Source: an uncultured Clostridia bacterium
GTDB taxonomy: Bacteria > Bacillota > Clostridia > Christensenellales > UBA1242
Direction of reading: 5' to 3'
Length of the DNA: 64,000 bases
Assembly (NCBI GenBank): GCA_934746715.1
Contig: CAKVFI010000001.1
Coordinates: 7,653 to 71,652, forward strand
Below are positions 1 to 9,284 of this stretch, in pieces (the stretch's first letter is position 1; each line of letters starts with the position of its first letter). A program made the position numbers and the translations under genes. The notes beneath the pieces are model-generated. The model was given only the letters and a program-made list of their open reading frames with translations, was not told the origin of the DNA and searched no databases.

Positions 1-295
1 TTAACAACTGCATGTTACCTTTACAATACAAGCATAAAGGTGGATTATCTATTTTTTTTAATTGGCTTGGATAACGTTTGTCAAAAATTGTAACAAATTC
101 TATATCATCGCTTGAAAATTCATATAATATCTTGCTAAATTCCAATTCGTCTAAACAATGGCTCATTTTTGAAAAATCTTCCTCTGTTAAGATTTCTTCA
201 AGCCCTTCTTGATATAAAAAAGAAGATTTGATATCTCTATCTTTAAAAATATCAACCAATTTTTTCTTTTTTGCGTAACTTAATGTTGGAAACAT
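1..295 (-). CDS. dprA: DNA-processing protein DprA/Smf, N-terminal part (gene runs off the left edge)
   Basis: Not in the ORF track because there is no stop in the window. ATG at 295..293. My translation is MFPTLSYAKKKKLVDIFK...TIFDKRYPSQLKKIDNPPLCLYCKGNMQLL, which carries the DprA N-terminal signature (YP..L..I.dPP..LY.KG). It lies directly downstream of comM/yifB. Confidence 0.7.
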   Translation of the reverse strand, partial: MFPTLSYAKKKKLVDIFKDRDIKSSFLYQEGLEEILTEEDFSKMSHCLDELEFSKILYEFSSDDIEFVTIFDKRYPSQLKKIDNPPLCLYCKGNMQLL

Positions 296-330
296 GTCCA
301 ACCATAATATATTTTTGTCGTTAACTGTCA

Positions 331-1863
331 TTATATTGTGTACTTCTTATCTAATGAGCGATATTGTATCGCTTCCAAAATATGTGCTTTTTCGATATTT
401 TCTTTTCCGTCTAGGTCTGCAATGGTTCGTGCAACTTTCAAAATGCGATTATACGCCCTTGCAGATAAATTCAATTTGCTAAAAGCATGCTCAAGCAAAG
501 CCGTACATTCCTTGTCCAATGCACAATACTTTTTAAATTCTTTTTCATTCATTTTGCTGTTGGAATAAATATTACTGCCCTTAAATCTTTCCAATTGAAT
601 TTGGCGCGCTTTGTTAACACGTTTTTTTATTTCACTGCTTGGCTCTTCCAGCTTTGCTGTTGTAAGGTCTTCGTAATTAACACTATCCACTTCAATATGT
701 AAATCAATACGGTCAAGCAATGGTCCACTGATTTTTGAAAGATACTTATGAATACTTGCTGGTGTGCATTTACATTCATGTGTGGTACTGCCGTAATAAC
801 CACATGGGCAAGGGTTCATGCTTGCCACAAGTATAAAGTTTGCAGGATATTGCACCGTTAAGGCATTGCGTGAAACAGTTATATATCCGTCTTCCATCGG
901 TTGACGCAAAGTTTCAATTGTGTTGCGGTTATACTCTGGCATTTCATCCAAAAACAAAACACCATTGTGTGCCAAACTTATTTCACCAGGCTTTGCTTTT
1001 TGTCCGCCACCAGTGAGTGCTATTAAAGTTGCAGTGTGATGTGGGCTACGGAAAGGGCGCTCCACCACTATGCCTTTGTTTAAATCAAGCACACCTGCCA
1101 CACTATGAATTTTGGTTACTTCCAAACTTTCCTCAAAAGTTAAGTCTGGCAAAATTGAAGGAAAACATTTTGCAAGCATTGTTTTGCCAGCCCCAGGTGG
1201 GCCAATGAGCAAAATGTTGTGTCCGCCTGCGGCAGCAATTTCCATAGCTCTTTTTGCGCTTGCTTGCCCTTTTACATAAGCAAAATCATGTGAAAAGTGG
1301 TGGTCTTTTAAAGCACTTTCAAAAGTTTTGCTTTCTGCTGGTTTTAATTCAATTTCACCATTTAAAAATCCAACTGTTTGTTTTAATGTTTTAACTGGAA
1401 AAACTTGAATTTGGTCAATGAATGATGCTTCCATTGCATTATCTTCTGGAATAATAAATTTGTCAAACCCCATTTGCTTTGCGCTGATAAGCATTGGCAA
1501 AATGCCATTCAATTTGCGAATTTCACCATTCAAACTTAACTCACCCAACACAACATAACCATTAACTGCTTTTTGTGGCAAAATTTCTTGTGCTATAAGC
1601 ATAGCCAACGCAATGGGAAGGTCATACATACTACCTTCCTTTTTTGTGTCGGCTGGCGCAAGATTGATTATAACTTTGTTTATTGGATAATTGTAGGTGC
1701 TGTTTTTGATTGCTGATTTAACTCTTTCCTTGCTTTCTTTGATTGCAGTGTCCGCCAAACCAACAACATCATAGCCGGGCAGCCCAGCATTTATGTCTAA
1801 CTCAATTTCAACGGGATAGCCTGTTATACCTGTCAATCCAAACGAACGAATTTTTGCTAACAC
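331..1863 (-). CDS. comM: YifB/ComM family Mg-chelatase-like AAA+ ATPase
   Basis: From ORF 331..1914. Walker A 'GPPGAGKT', Walker B 'VLFLDE', and a Lon-like N-domain 'GLPGYDVVGLADTAIKESKERV'. Start moved to GTG 1863, which has AGAGGTG 5 nt upstream and gives the canonical 'VLAKIRSF' N-terminus. TTG 1914 remains possible. Confidence 0.9.
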   Translation of the reverse strand: MLAKIRSFGLTGITGYPVEIELDINAGLPGYDVVGLADTAIKESKERVKSAIKNSTYNYPINKVIINLAPADTKKEGSMYDLPIALAMLIAQEILPQKAVNGYVVLGELSLNGEIRKLNGILPMLISAKQMGFDKFIIPEDNAMEASFIDQIQVFPVKTLKQTVGFLNGEIELKPAESKTFESALKDHHFSHDFAYVKGQASAKRAMEIAAAGGHNILLIGPPGAGKTMLAKCFPSILPDLTFEESLEVTKIHSVAGVLDLNKGIVVERPFRSPHHTATLIALTGGGQKAKPGEISLAHNGVLFLDEMPEYNRNTIETLRQPMEDGYITVSRNALTVQYPANFILVASMNPCPCGYYGSTTHECKCTPASIHKYLSKISGPLLDRIDLHIEVDSVNYEDLTTAKLEEPSSEIKKRVNKARQIQLERFKGSNIYSNSKMNEKEFKKYCALDKECTALLEHAFSKLNLSARAYNRILKVARTIADLDGKENIEKAHILEAIQYRSLDKKYTI

Positions 1864-1959
1864 TTTTTCACCTCTAATATTTGGAATATACCAAATTTTG
1901 CCAGCTATTGTCAAATAAAATGTCGAACAAATGTTCCAATTTGTACAAAAACATATATT

Positions 1960-2457
1960 TTAGTTCAAAAACTCTACTTGATTGTTAATTATTTGAATAT
2001 GATTTAAACCCTTTTTGTTAATTATTTGTTTTACCGCAACTGGGCGAATATCGTACTCATTTATTTTGCTTATATCTATCCATTTAAAGTCAAGGTTTTT
2101 GTATATTCCATCGTCAAATTCAACAACATTCCAATCTTTTGCTTTATCTTTTGGCAGGTTTAATGGTGTGAGTTTGTAGATATAGCAAAGTTCGTGACAA
2201 TTTTCTCCTTTTTCTGAAACAAACAGATTTTCAATAAAAGCAGATAATTCAACAATTTTAACGTCTAATCCAGTTTCTTCCTTGGTTTCTCTTATAATAG
2301 CGTTGTGGCTTGTTTCAAACAAATGACAATGCCCGCCCGGCAAACATAAAAATGGGTTGTTCATAATCCTGCAAACAAGCAATTTGTTGTTGTGGATAAT
2401 CATACCCGCCACCCTTACTTTAAATCTTTGATTTTCACCTGTAATTTTAATGTCCAT
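1960..2457 (-). CDS. NUDIX hydrolase
   Basis: Nudix box 'GGHCHLFETSHNAIIRETKEETGL'. Start set to ATG 2457 behind AAAGGAGAAATT; the ORF track extends to 2481. Confidence 0.85.
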   Translation of the reverse strand: MDIKITGENQRFKVRVAGMIIHNNKLLVCRIMNNPFLCLPGGHCHLFETSHNAIIRETKEETGLDVKIVELSAFIENLFVSEKGENCHELCYIYKLTPLNLPKDKAKDWNVVEFDDGIYKNLDFKWIDISKINEYDIRPVAVKQIINKKGLNHIQIINNQVEFLN

Positions 2458-2521
2458 AATTTCTCCTTTTTTTGAACACAAATTGTGAGCAATTGCCTAT
2501 CACAAACAAAAAATATGGCAC

Positions 2522-2551
2522 AAAAAAAGAAGACTATTTGATGTCTTCTTT
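2522..2551 (-). terminator. Rho-independent terminator overlapping the rplS stop
   Basis: On the minus strand: AAAGAAGAC-8 nt-GTCTTCTTT followed by a T-run (plus-strand A-run 2522-2528). Confidence 0.55.
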
Positions 2552-2878
2552 AACTTTTGCGGCTTTACCTGAAAGATTTCTAATGTAATAGATTTTAGCA
2601 CGGCGAACTTTTGCCTTTCTTGTTACCACGATTTTGTCAATGCGTGGGCTGTGAAGTGGGAAAGTTCTTTCAACACCAATGCCAAAAGATACGCGACGAA
2701 CTGTGAATGTTTCACGAACGCCTGAACCTTTTTTTGCAATTACAACGCCTTCGTATGCTTGGATACGTTCCTTGTCACCCTCTTTGACTTTTACGTTTAC
2801 ACGTACAGTGTCACCAATATTGAAAGGAGTGATGTCATTGCGCAATTGCTCTTTCTCGATTTGGTCGATAATGTTCAT
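2534..2878 (-). CDS. rplS: 50S ribosomal protein L19
   Basis: 114 aa, '[51 protein letters not shown]', typical of L19. AGGAGGTAA SD at 2881-2889. Confidence 0.95.
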   Translation of the reverse strand: MNIIDQIEKEQLRNDITPFNIGDTVRVNVKVKEGDKERIQAYEGVVIAKKGSGVRETFTVRRVSFGIGVERTFPLHSPRIDKIVVTRKAKVRRAKIYYIRNLSGKAAKVKEDIK

Positions 2879-2893
2879 AGTTACCTCCTAAAT

Positions 2894-2968
2894 TTGACAT
2901 TCTTGCCTTGGTCGGTAGTGGACTGTCAACAACTTTTTTATATTATCACAAAAAAAACAAACTTGCAA
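2894..2968 (-). promoter_or_regulatory. rplS promoter plus 5'-leader hairpin (possible L19 autoregulatory leader)
   Basis: Minus strand: TTGCAA (2968..2963), 17-nt spacer, TG-n-TAATAT (2945..2940). This is followed by a relatively GC-rich hairpin, TTGACA...TGTCAA (2929..2894), immediately before the SD. Assignment to the L19-leader family is inference only. Confidence 0.4.
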
Positions 2969-3047
2969 GTGTTTTTTGCAAATTTATTAAACATATGTTT
3001 ATCTTATTTTTAAATTGCAACTCATTTCAATAAATAAAGCAATAAAA

Positions 3048-3542
3048 TTATTTTGTTTTAACAAGATTATAAGTCTTTAAAATGCCACGTAAGATAATCA
3101 AATCTGTTTCCAAAAGTTGTTTTTTGTCAATAGGAAACGCTGAAGCTTTGTTTTGATAAAGATAGATATAATCTTTTGTTTCCTTTACTCCAACAAGGTC
3201 TTTATAATAAAACTTAACTTTGCCAATGTTTTCGTTTGAGCGTATGGTTGAAATGTACATGTGGTCTTCATTAAATTCATACTCGTTTGTAACATCAATC
3301 TTTTTTATTGCATTGTTTGTTTTTGCAATTGTAACAAGCATAAGTACACCCAAAGTTAAAGGCAAAACAAAAACAAGCATCCAATCAACCATTGCGTCTG
3401 TTATGTTTGGAAAAAATGCTGTAATTAGATAAACAAAAACACCAACACCGCCAACAGCAGTCATAATTGTTGCAATTTTTTGTTTTGTGTTATTCAATTG
3501 TTTTTGCATTTCTATTGTAAATTTTGTTTTACATTTAAACAT
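3048..3542 (-). CDS. membrane protein with YcxB-like C-terminal domain
   Basis: 164 aa. Two central hydrophobic helices, then 'YEFNEDHMYI..YYKDLVGVKETKDYIYLYQNKASAFPIDKKQL', which resembles the YcxB-like domain. AAGGGA RBS. Confidence 0.55.
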   Translation of the reverse strand: MFKCKTKFTIEMQKQLNNTKQKIATIMTAVGGVGVFVYLITAFFPNITDAMVDWMLVFVLPLTLGVLMLVTIAKTNNAIKKIDVTNEYEFNEDHMYISTIRSNENIGKVKFYYKDLVGVKETKDYIYLYQNKASAFPIDKKQLLETDLIILRGILKTYNLVKTK

Positions 3543-3556
3543 AAACTATATCCCTT

Positions 3557-3751
3557 TTAATTTTTTTTGTTGATATTTTTGTTTAAAAAGCATGCCAACG
3601 GAATTGCTGATATTATCAAAATTGGCAACCAAGCAAAAATTAATATGCCACGCAAGGCAAAAACATCAACCCCACACCAAACCAAAATTGGTATATGCAA
3701 AAAGCCAATCAACACGCACATTATTGACAGCACAAGATTTAACCATTTCAT
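3557..3751 (-). CDS. small hypothetical membrane protein (2 TM)
   Basis: 64 aa, almost entirely hydrophobic helices. GAGG 6 nt upstream of the ATG. Confidence 0.45.
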   Translation of the reverse strand: MKWLNLVLSIMCVLIGFLHIPILVWCGVDVFALRGILIFAWLPILIISAIPLACFLNKNINKKN

Positions 3752-3761
3752 AGTAGCCTCA

Positions 3762-4112
3762 TCAAAAAGCGTTTTCTATATGGCGCACATCTTCGTCGCC
3801 ATTCTGCCCCAAAATTGCCACAACATCAAAACGGCAATTTGTTTGCAACAGATTGTGTTGTTTTAAGTACATTGTTGCAACCTGGCGTATTTTTTGTTGT
3901 TTAAAATAATTAACAGCTTCAGCAGGGTCGCCAAAAGCACGCGATATGCGAGTTTTAACTTCCACAAACACCAAATAGTTTTTGTCCTGGGCAATAATAT
4001 CAATTTCTCCAATTGGGTTTTTGTAATTGTTGGCAATAATTTTGTAGCCTTTTTGCTTTAAATAATTTGTGGCAATTATTTCGCCAACCTTTCCATACGT
4101 ATTCTTTTGCAC
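3762..4112 (-). CDS. yraN: YraN family (UPF0102) endonuclease-fold protein
   Basis: 'GEIDIIAQDKNYLVFVEVKTR' signature. N-terminus 'GKVGEIIATNYLKQKGYKII'. Overlaps the rnhB 3' end by 37 nt. Confidence 0.85.
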   Translation of the reverse strand: MQKNTYGKVGEIIATNYLKQKGYKIIANNYKNPIGEIDIIAQDKNYLVFVEVKTRISRAFGDPAEAVNYFKQQKIRQVATMYLKQHNLLQTNCRFDVVAILGQNGDEDVRHIENAF

Positions 4113-4726
4113 TCATTTTCTCCTATAATGTTGCTTAAAAAACTCAATCTGTGAATTGGTGTTATTCCATTTTGTTTGATTGCTTCTATGTGTTTTTTTG
4201 TGCCATAACCAACATTATGTTCAAAATCATAGTTTGGATATTTTTTTGCATATTCCACCATCAAATTGTCACGATAAACTTTTGCAACAATGCTTGCACA
4301 AGCAATTGCATAACTTGTTGCGTCACCTTTAATTATCGGTTTTTCGTTTTCGCAAATATTAAGCCTAACCGCATCAACAAGCAACAAATCTGGTTTAACT
4401 TTGCTGTGCGCAAAGCAATCTGCCATACACTCTTTTGTTGCGTTCAAAATGTTTATTGCATCTATGCGCAAATTATCTGCCAAACTTACAGAAACAGAAA
4501 TTGCTTTGCTTAAAATTTGATTGTAAAGTTTTGCCCTATTTTTTGCTGTAACTTTTTTGCTGTCAAACACGCCGTCAATCATTTCATCATAAGGCATCAC
4601 CACACAAGCAGTAACAACTGGCCCTGCAAGTGGGCCACGCCCAACCTCGTCTATGCCTGCAATGTATTTGACATTGTCTGTTAAAAATTGCTTGTCGTAT
4701 TCAAAAATCTCTTTAGTGTTTATCAT
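4076..4726 (-). CDS. rnhB: ribonuclease HII
   Basis: 'IAGIDEVGRGPLAGPVV', 'DSKK', 'ACASIVAKV', 'GYG' motifs of RNase HII. Confidence 0.9.
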   Translation of the reverse strand: MINTKEIFEYDKQFLTDNVKYIAGIDEVGRGPLAGPVVTACVVMPYDEMIDGVFDSKKVTAKNRAKLYNQILSKAISVSVSLADNLRIDAINILNATKECMADCFAHSKVKPDLLLVDAVRLNICENEKPIIKGDATSYAIACASIVAKVYRDNLMVEYAKKYPNYDFEHNVGYGTKKHIEAIKQNGITPIHRLSFLSNIIGENECKRIRMERLAK

Positions 4727-4740
4727 TTCCCGCCTCTTGT

Positions 4741-5487
4741 TTAAAAGTTTATTTTTAAATTTGCTAATTCAGTTTTGTTTTCTTCCATAAATTCCATAGT
4801 TGCTGAAATAAATTCCTCAATGTTTTGGCTTGCAGCAAACATATTGTTAAAACTCTCAATCAGGTTTTGACCATTTATTGTTGCTGAATAAAAAACATGA
4901 TATGCGGGTTCTTGATTGAACAAAAACTGCTTTAAATTCGTGTTTTTAAAAATGCTGTCAACAACAATTTCCGTAATCAGCCATGGGAGGCTTGGACATT
5001 CTTTGTCCTGTGCTGATAATTTATAGCCCATGTTTTCCATTTTGGCAAACCAATAAAAATGAATTAATTCGTGAATGATTGTTTGCAAAATGCCCTCATT
5101 GCTTTCAAAAATGCAAATATCAAACGAAAAATCACTTAAATATCTTGGACAAATTGGGCAAACCCCCAAATAAACCTTAATAGTTTTATTGATTAATAAA
5201 TTGAAAGTTTGAGAAAGAATTTTTTCAATTTCTTTTTGTCTTTTAGTTAATAATTGGTCGATTTCTGCCTGCTTTTGCTTAAAAAGAATTGCATTTTTGC
5301 CATACAAACTTTTAGTTGCTTCTTTAATTATTTGCAATTTACCCTTGCTGTTGGCGTTTTTAAAATCGTCGACATTAATTGAAAAATATTCAAGCAAATT
5401 TTTATTAACATTCTTGTTTTCAAAAGCAAATTCATAAATTATTTCGGCTGAACATTCAATGGTTTTTTGTTGAAGTTTAAAGTCCAT
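4741..5487 (-). CDS. hypothetical protein with HExxH (zincin-like) motif
   Basis: ORF 4741..5502. Start set to ATG 5487 (GGAG 7 nt upstream, directly after the rbgA stop). Contains 'IIHELIHFYWF', but I recognise no protein family. Confidence 0.65.
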   Translation of the reverse strand: MDFKLQQKTIECSAEIIYEFAFENKNVNKNLLEYFSINVDDFKNANSKGKLQIIKEATKSLYGKNAILFKQKQAEIDQLLTKRQKEIEKILSQTFNLLINKTIKVYLGVCPICPRYLSDFSFDICIFESNEGILQTIIHELIHFYWFAKMENMGYKLSAQDKECPSLPWLITEIVVDSIFKNTNLKQFLFNQEPAYHVFYSATINGQNLIESFNNMFAASQNIEEFISATMEFMEENKTELANLKINF

Positions 5488-5489
5488 AA

Positions 5490-6323
5490 TTACTCCAAAC
5501 AAATTTTGCCAAGTTTGCCAGCGCGGAAATCAGTTAACAAAATTTTTGCAGTGCGTTCCAAATCAATTTCACCGCCTTTAATCATGCAACCACGCTTTTT
5601 GCCGACCCTTTCCATTAATTCAACATCATGAGTATAATTTGACACATCTACACCATATTTAGTTTGTAAAATATTTGTATCAATCTGCATTAATCTGCCA
5701 ACAAGTTTGCTTGTCACATCAACAATGTTAAGCACATCATCACGAACCGAACCAACAAATGCAAGATTGTAAGCATAATTTTCATCATCAAAATTTGGCA
5801 AAAGCACACCTGGTGTGTCCATAAACTCAATGTTTGCATCAACCTTAATCCATTGCTTGCTGCGGGTAACACCAGCCTTGTTGCCTGTTACTGCTCTGCC
5901 TTGTCCGCAAAGGTTGTTTACAATGGTTGATTTGCCACTGTTTGGAACACCCAAAACCATTGCGCGAGTGATAAAATTAACCCCACGTGCTTTGTTTTGC
6001 TCCAATTTTGTTTTAAAAACCTTTTTTATTGCATTAATTATTATTTTTGCATTTCCGCTTACAGTTGCATTTAAACTTACACATTCCCTGCCTTGGCTGA
6101 TAAAGTGTTGTTTAAAGCGTTCTATGTCAGCATTTGCAACCAAATCTGCCTTGTTTAAAACATAGATAATTGGCTTATCTTTGATAATTTTAACAAATTC
6201 TGGATTTATGCAACTTTTTGGGCAACGAGCGTCTAAAATATAAACAAAACAATCGCAAAGGCGGCTGTCTGCTTGCATTTGCTTTAATGTTTTGTTCATA
6301 TGCCCTGGAAACCAATTTATCAT
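5490..6323 (-). CDS. rbgA: ribosome biogenesis GTPase A (YlqF/RbgA)
   Basis: Circularly permuted GTPase: G4 'LNKADL' precedes G1 'GVPNSGKST' and G3 'DTPG'. Confidence 0.9.
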   Translation of the reverse strand: MINWFPGHMNKTLKQMQADSRLCDCFVYILDARCPKSCINPEFVKIIKDKPIIYVLNKADLVANADIERFKQHFISQGRECVSLNATVSGNAKIIINAIKKVFKTKLEQNKARGVNFITRAMVLGVPNSGKSTIVNNLCGQGRAVTGNKAGVTRSKQWIKVDANIEFMDTPGVLLPNFDDENYAYNLAFVGSVRDDVLNIVDVTSKLVGRLMQIDTNILQTKYGVDVSNYTHDVELMERVGKKRGCMIKGGEIDLERTAKILLTDFRAGKLGKICLE

Positions 6324-6325
6324 TT

Positions 6326-7066
6326 TTACTCCTGTGATTGTTTTTTTAATAAATCTGGGCGATTTTGTTTGGTTAATTCAATCGCTTGATTGTGCCTATA
6401 TTCTTCAATTTTTTTGTGATTGCCAGAAAGCAACACTTCTGGCACTTTAAGCCCACGAAACTCTGCTGGACGAGTGTATTGATTGTATTCAAGCAAAATT
6501 AAATTTTGTGTGCGTTTTTCCTTTTTGCCTTTTGCGTTTTTTGTGATTGTTTCGTGCGATATTTCACTAAAACTTTCCTCCACTGTGCTATCTTTGCTTA
6601 TAACCCCTGGCAACAAGCGGATAACAGCATCTGCAACCACCATTGCTGGCAATTCTCCACCTGTTAGCACAAAATCGCCAATAGAAAGTTCTTGAATGTT
6701 GAAATAATCCAAAACTCGTTGGTCAATGCCTTCATAATGCCCACAAATCAAAATTAAATGGTTAAATTGGGCAAATTGTCGTGCCATGCCTTGGTTAAAA
6801 ACCTTGCCTCGTGGCGACATATAAAATATAACGCTATCATCTGTTTTAACTGCTTCAATTGCCTTGAAAAGTGGTTCACACATCATAACCATGCCTGCTC
6901 CACCACCAAAAGGCATATCATCACATTTAAAGTGTGGTGGCAAAGCAAAATCTCTTATATTTGTTATGTTTATTTCAATTTTGTTATCTTCAACTGCGCG
7001 TTTGATTATGCTTTCCTTTAACGGCGCAAACATTTCAGGAAAAAGTGTTAATATATCTATTTTCAT
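6326..7066 (-). CDS. trmD: tRNA (guanine37-N1)-methyltransferase
   Basis: 'MKIDILTLFPEMF', 'GGGAGMVM', 'ICGHYEGIDQRV', 'SIGDFVLTGGELPAMV'. Confidence 0.95.
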   Translation of the reverse strand: MKIDILTLFPEMFAPLKESIIKRAVEDNKIEINITNIRDFALPPHFKCDDMPFGGGAGMVMMCEPLFKAIEAVKTDDSVIFYMSPRGKVFNQGMARQFAQFNHLILICGHYEGIDQRVLDYFNIQELSIGDFVLTGGELPAMVVADAVIRLLPGVISKDSTVEESFSEISHETITKNAKGKKEKRTQNLILLEYNQYTRPAEFRGLKVPEVLLSGNHKKIEEYRHNQAIELTKQNRPDLLKKQSQE

Positions 7067-7563
7067 ATGCGCATATCCTTAAAAGTTTGTTCGTTAATCA
7101 AAAATGCATCAAGTTCAGCATTAAAAGTTATAATTTCATCAACAAAAGGGATTTGATAACTAACAGCTCCACATTTGATTGTTAAAATTGTGCTTGCGCC
7201 GTAATCATCAAAATCAACCAATTCACCAAGTTTTTGCCCTTTTTCGTTTAAAACATCTTTGTGCAGCAAATCACTTAAATATAGTTTGTCTTTAAACTCA
7301 TCATAATCATTGCGGTCAATATAAATTGATTGGTTTCTAAACTTTTCTGCCAGTTCACAACTTGGAATTGTGTCAACTGTGATTGCACAAGCATCATTGT
7401 TGAGTTTTGAAACAGCTTTAACTTGTGATTTTATCAATTTTTGCCCGATATAGATAGTTTTGAAATGTGAAAAATCCGCGTCAAGATATTTTTGCACCTT
7501 AACTGCCCCTTTTACACCATGTGGGCGCACAATTTTGCCAATTTCCAACAAATTTTTTTCCAT
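7063..7563 (-). CDS. rimM: 16S rRNA processing protein RimM
   Basis: 'GKIVRPHGVKGAVKV' N-terminal barrel. 4-nt overlap with trmD in the conserved rimM-trmD order. Confidence 0.9.
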   Translation of the reverse strand: MEKNLLEIGKIVRPHGVKGAVKVQKYLDADFSHFKTIYIGQKLIKSQVKAVSKLNNDACAITVDTIPSCELAEKFRNQSIYIDRNDYDEFKDKLYLSDLLHKDVLNEKGQKLGELVDFDDYGASTILTIKCGAVSYQIPFVDEIITFNAELDAFLINEQTFKDMRI

Positions 7564-7644
7564 AATAACCTACTTTAATTTAATTATAACAAAACAACGC
7601 AATTTTTCAAACAAAAAGAGCATTGCAAATCGCCTTTTTAAAAC

Positions 7645-7668
7645 AAAAAATGCGAGATATACTCGCAT
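7645..7668 (-). terminator. Rho-independent terminator after the KH-protein gene
   Basis: Minus strand: ATGCGAG-TATAT-CTCGCAT followed by TTTTTT. Confidence 0.65.
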
Positions 7669-7680
7669 TTAATTGCAAAA

Positions 7681-7926
7681 TTATTCTGCTTGGTTGGCCT
7701 TTTCATCGAACTTGATAACAATTCTTGCATGATCACCAGCGGTTGATTTAACCACTGTGCGAATAGCGTTTGCAATGCAGCCACCACGGCCGATAACAGA
7801 ACCTAAATCCTTGCCATCGACTTTAACTTTGTAAACCTTGGTTTTGCCTTGATTTTCGGCAGAAATTTCAACTGCATCAGGGTTTGAAACAAGGTTTTTA
7901 ACAATGTACTCCAACATTTCTTGCAT
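7681..7926 (-). CDS. KH domain RNA-binding protein (YlqC-like)
   Basis: 81 aa with 'LGSVIGRGGCIANAIRTVV' (GXXG loop). Sits between rpsP and rimM, as ylqC does in Bacillus. Confidence 0.85.
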   Translation of the reverse strand: MQEMLEYIVKNLVSNPDAVEISAENQGKTKVYKVKVDGKDLGSVIGRGGCIANAIRTVVKSTAGDHARIVIKFDEKANQAE

Positions 7927-7936
7927 AGACTACTCC

Positions 7937-8230
7937 TTATGCTTTCTTTTTCTTGTTATTTGTTTTTGGAGTGCTGTTGCCTTTAACTTCCAAAACACCA
8001 ACTCTTTGAAGCAATGTGCGTGTTGTTTCAGTTGGTTCAGCACCATTTTTTAACCATTTTGCAGCGAGTTCGTTGTTGATTTTGATTTCTGCTGGGTTTG
8101 CAAGTGGATTGTAAGTACCGATTTGTTCGATATATTTGCCATCACGAGCAACACGAGCATCAGCAACAACAACACGATAGAATGGTGATTTTTTGTCGCC
8201 CAAACGAGTTAATCTGATTTTAACTGACAT
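7937..8230 (-). CDS. rpsP: 30S ribosomal protein S16
   Basis: '[42 protein letters not shown]'. Start is ATG 8230 behind AAAAGGAGAAC; the ORF-track extension to 8350 is rejected. Confidence 0.95.
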   Translation of the reverse strand: MSVKIRLTRLGDKKSPFYRVVVADARVARDGKYIEQIGTYNPLANPAEIKINNELAAKWLKNGAEPTETTRTLLQRVGVLEVKGNSTPKTNNKKKKA

Positions 8231-8287
8231 TTTTGTTCTCCTTTTGAATTTAATTTTAATTACACCTGTAAAGTAATTTCGCTTTAC

Positions 8288-8316
8288 ATTGTAACAAATA
8301 AAGTTATGTTTGTCAA
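8288..8316 (-). promoter_or_regulatory. sigma-A type promoter for rpsP
   Basis: Minus strand: TTGACA (8316..8311), 17-nt spacer, TACAAT (8293..8288). Confidence 0.55.
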
Positions 8317-8378
8317 CCAGTTGTTGCAAAAAATATAAAAAAATTGCCAAAAAATTGACAATTCTTTTAAAACTTTTA

Positions 8379-9134
8379 TTAATTTTTATGCGAATAATTT
8401 AAATCATCGTCCAAATCATCGTTCTGTTCTGCATTGATTTCCGCCTGTTCTGGTTCAATTGTTGCTGAAGCAAATTTTTTTGAAGGTATTTTGCTAAACG
8501 AAAAGTACTCATGCAATTGTTTGCCAGCAATTTTAACTTTGCATGCAATAACGCAAGAACCAATTGCGCCAAACAAATCCATTGCAAAATCGCGCATTGT
8601 GTCAAGCAGTGCTTCTTGCCCAACAAACGGCTGTCCGGTTAATGAATTGTGGTGGCGTTGCATATTTTTGCCAAACCAGCTGTCCATCGCAAACTCGTAA
8701 AATTCCCAAAAAATGTCCAACAACATAACACATGCAACAACTATAACAAAAAACAAATATTTGTTTGTTTTAACGTGTTTGGACAAAAGATCGTAAATAA
8801 ACACACCAATAAGCATGCTGTTTGCCATATGCAACACAAAATTATAATAAAATGATGTGCAGTACAAACTTAAAATATCTCCGCCAACAAAGTGCCCCAT
8901 AAGTGCTATGTAATAATAAATTTGAGCGGTTTTTGTGGTTTTGATTTTGAGGATAAGCAAGGCAAAAGGGATTAATGAAAATGCCAAAAGCCATGTCAAT
9001 TCCGAAATAGTGTACTGAAACCTATCTCCCAACAAATTTAAGCCACAAACCTGACTGATTGCAAAAAAGCAAAGTGATAATAATGTTATCACTTGAAAAA
9101 CAATGTAACAAACACTAATACGCCTTTCTTTCAT
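8379..9134 (-). CDS. hypothetical polytopic membrane protein with acidic C-terminal tail
   Basis: ORF 8379..9173. Several hydrophobic helices and a tail '[21 protein letters not shown]'. Start is uncertain (ATG 9134 or TTG 9173) and there is no clear RBS. Confidence 0.55.
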   Translation of the reverse strand: MKERRISVCYIVFQVITLLSLCFFAISQVCGLNLLGDRFQYTISELTWLLAFSLIPFALLILKIKTTKTAQIYYYIALMGHFVGGDILSLYCTSFYYNFVLHMANSMLIGVFIYDLLSKHVKTNKYLFFVIVVACVMLLDIFWEFYEFAMDSWFGKNMQRHHNSLTGQPFVGQEALLDTMRDFAMDLFGAIGSCVIACKVKIAGKQLHEYFSFSKIPSKKFASATIEPEQAEINAEQNDDLDDDLNYSHKN

Positions 9135-9284
9135 TATGCTTAATAGTTTATCATCAACCAACAAAAAAAGCAAGCACCATGCTTAACTTTTTTTATGTGT
9201 GAAATTTAGAATTTTTTTATTAAACATATTAATTATATTGACAACACCCCTCCCCAACATGATACCATTTGTTTGGAGATAAAA

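Noticed and set aside
8231-8350. N-terminal extensions offered by the ORF track (rpsP to 8350, ftsY to 13103, smc to 16786, nrdR to 56896, WG protein to 50172, permease to 43394, and others)
   Set aside because: In each case an internal ATG, preceded at proper spacing by a GGAG-type RBS, gives the canonical family N-terminus. The extensions read through upstream promoters and terminators.
9166-9195. A-run/hairpin/T-run (AAGCA-cca-TGCTT) upstream of the membrane protein gene
   Set aside because: The stem is only 5 bp with a 3-nt loop, and no gene ends there on either strand. It is too weak to call a terminator.
9259-9266. Shared ATGATACC(t)ATT motif upstream of both plus-strand orphans (9259-9266 and 24846-24853)
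   Set aside because: It is only an exact 8-mer, and a given 8-mer is expected about twice by chance in 64 kb on both strands. Its positions relative to the two promoters differ.
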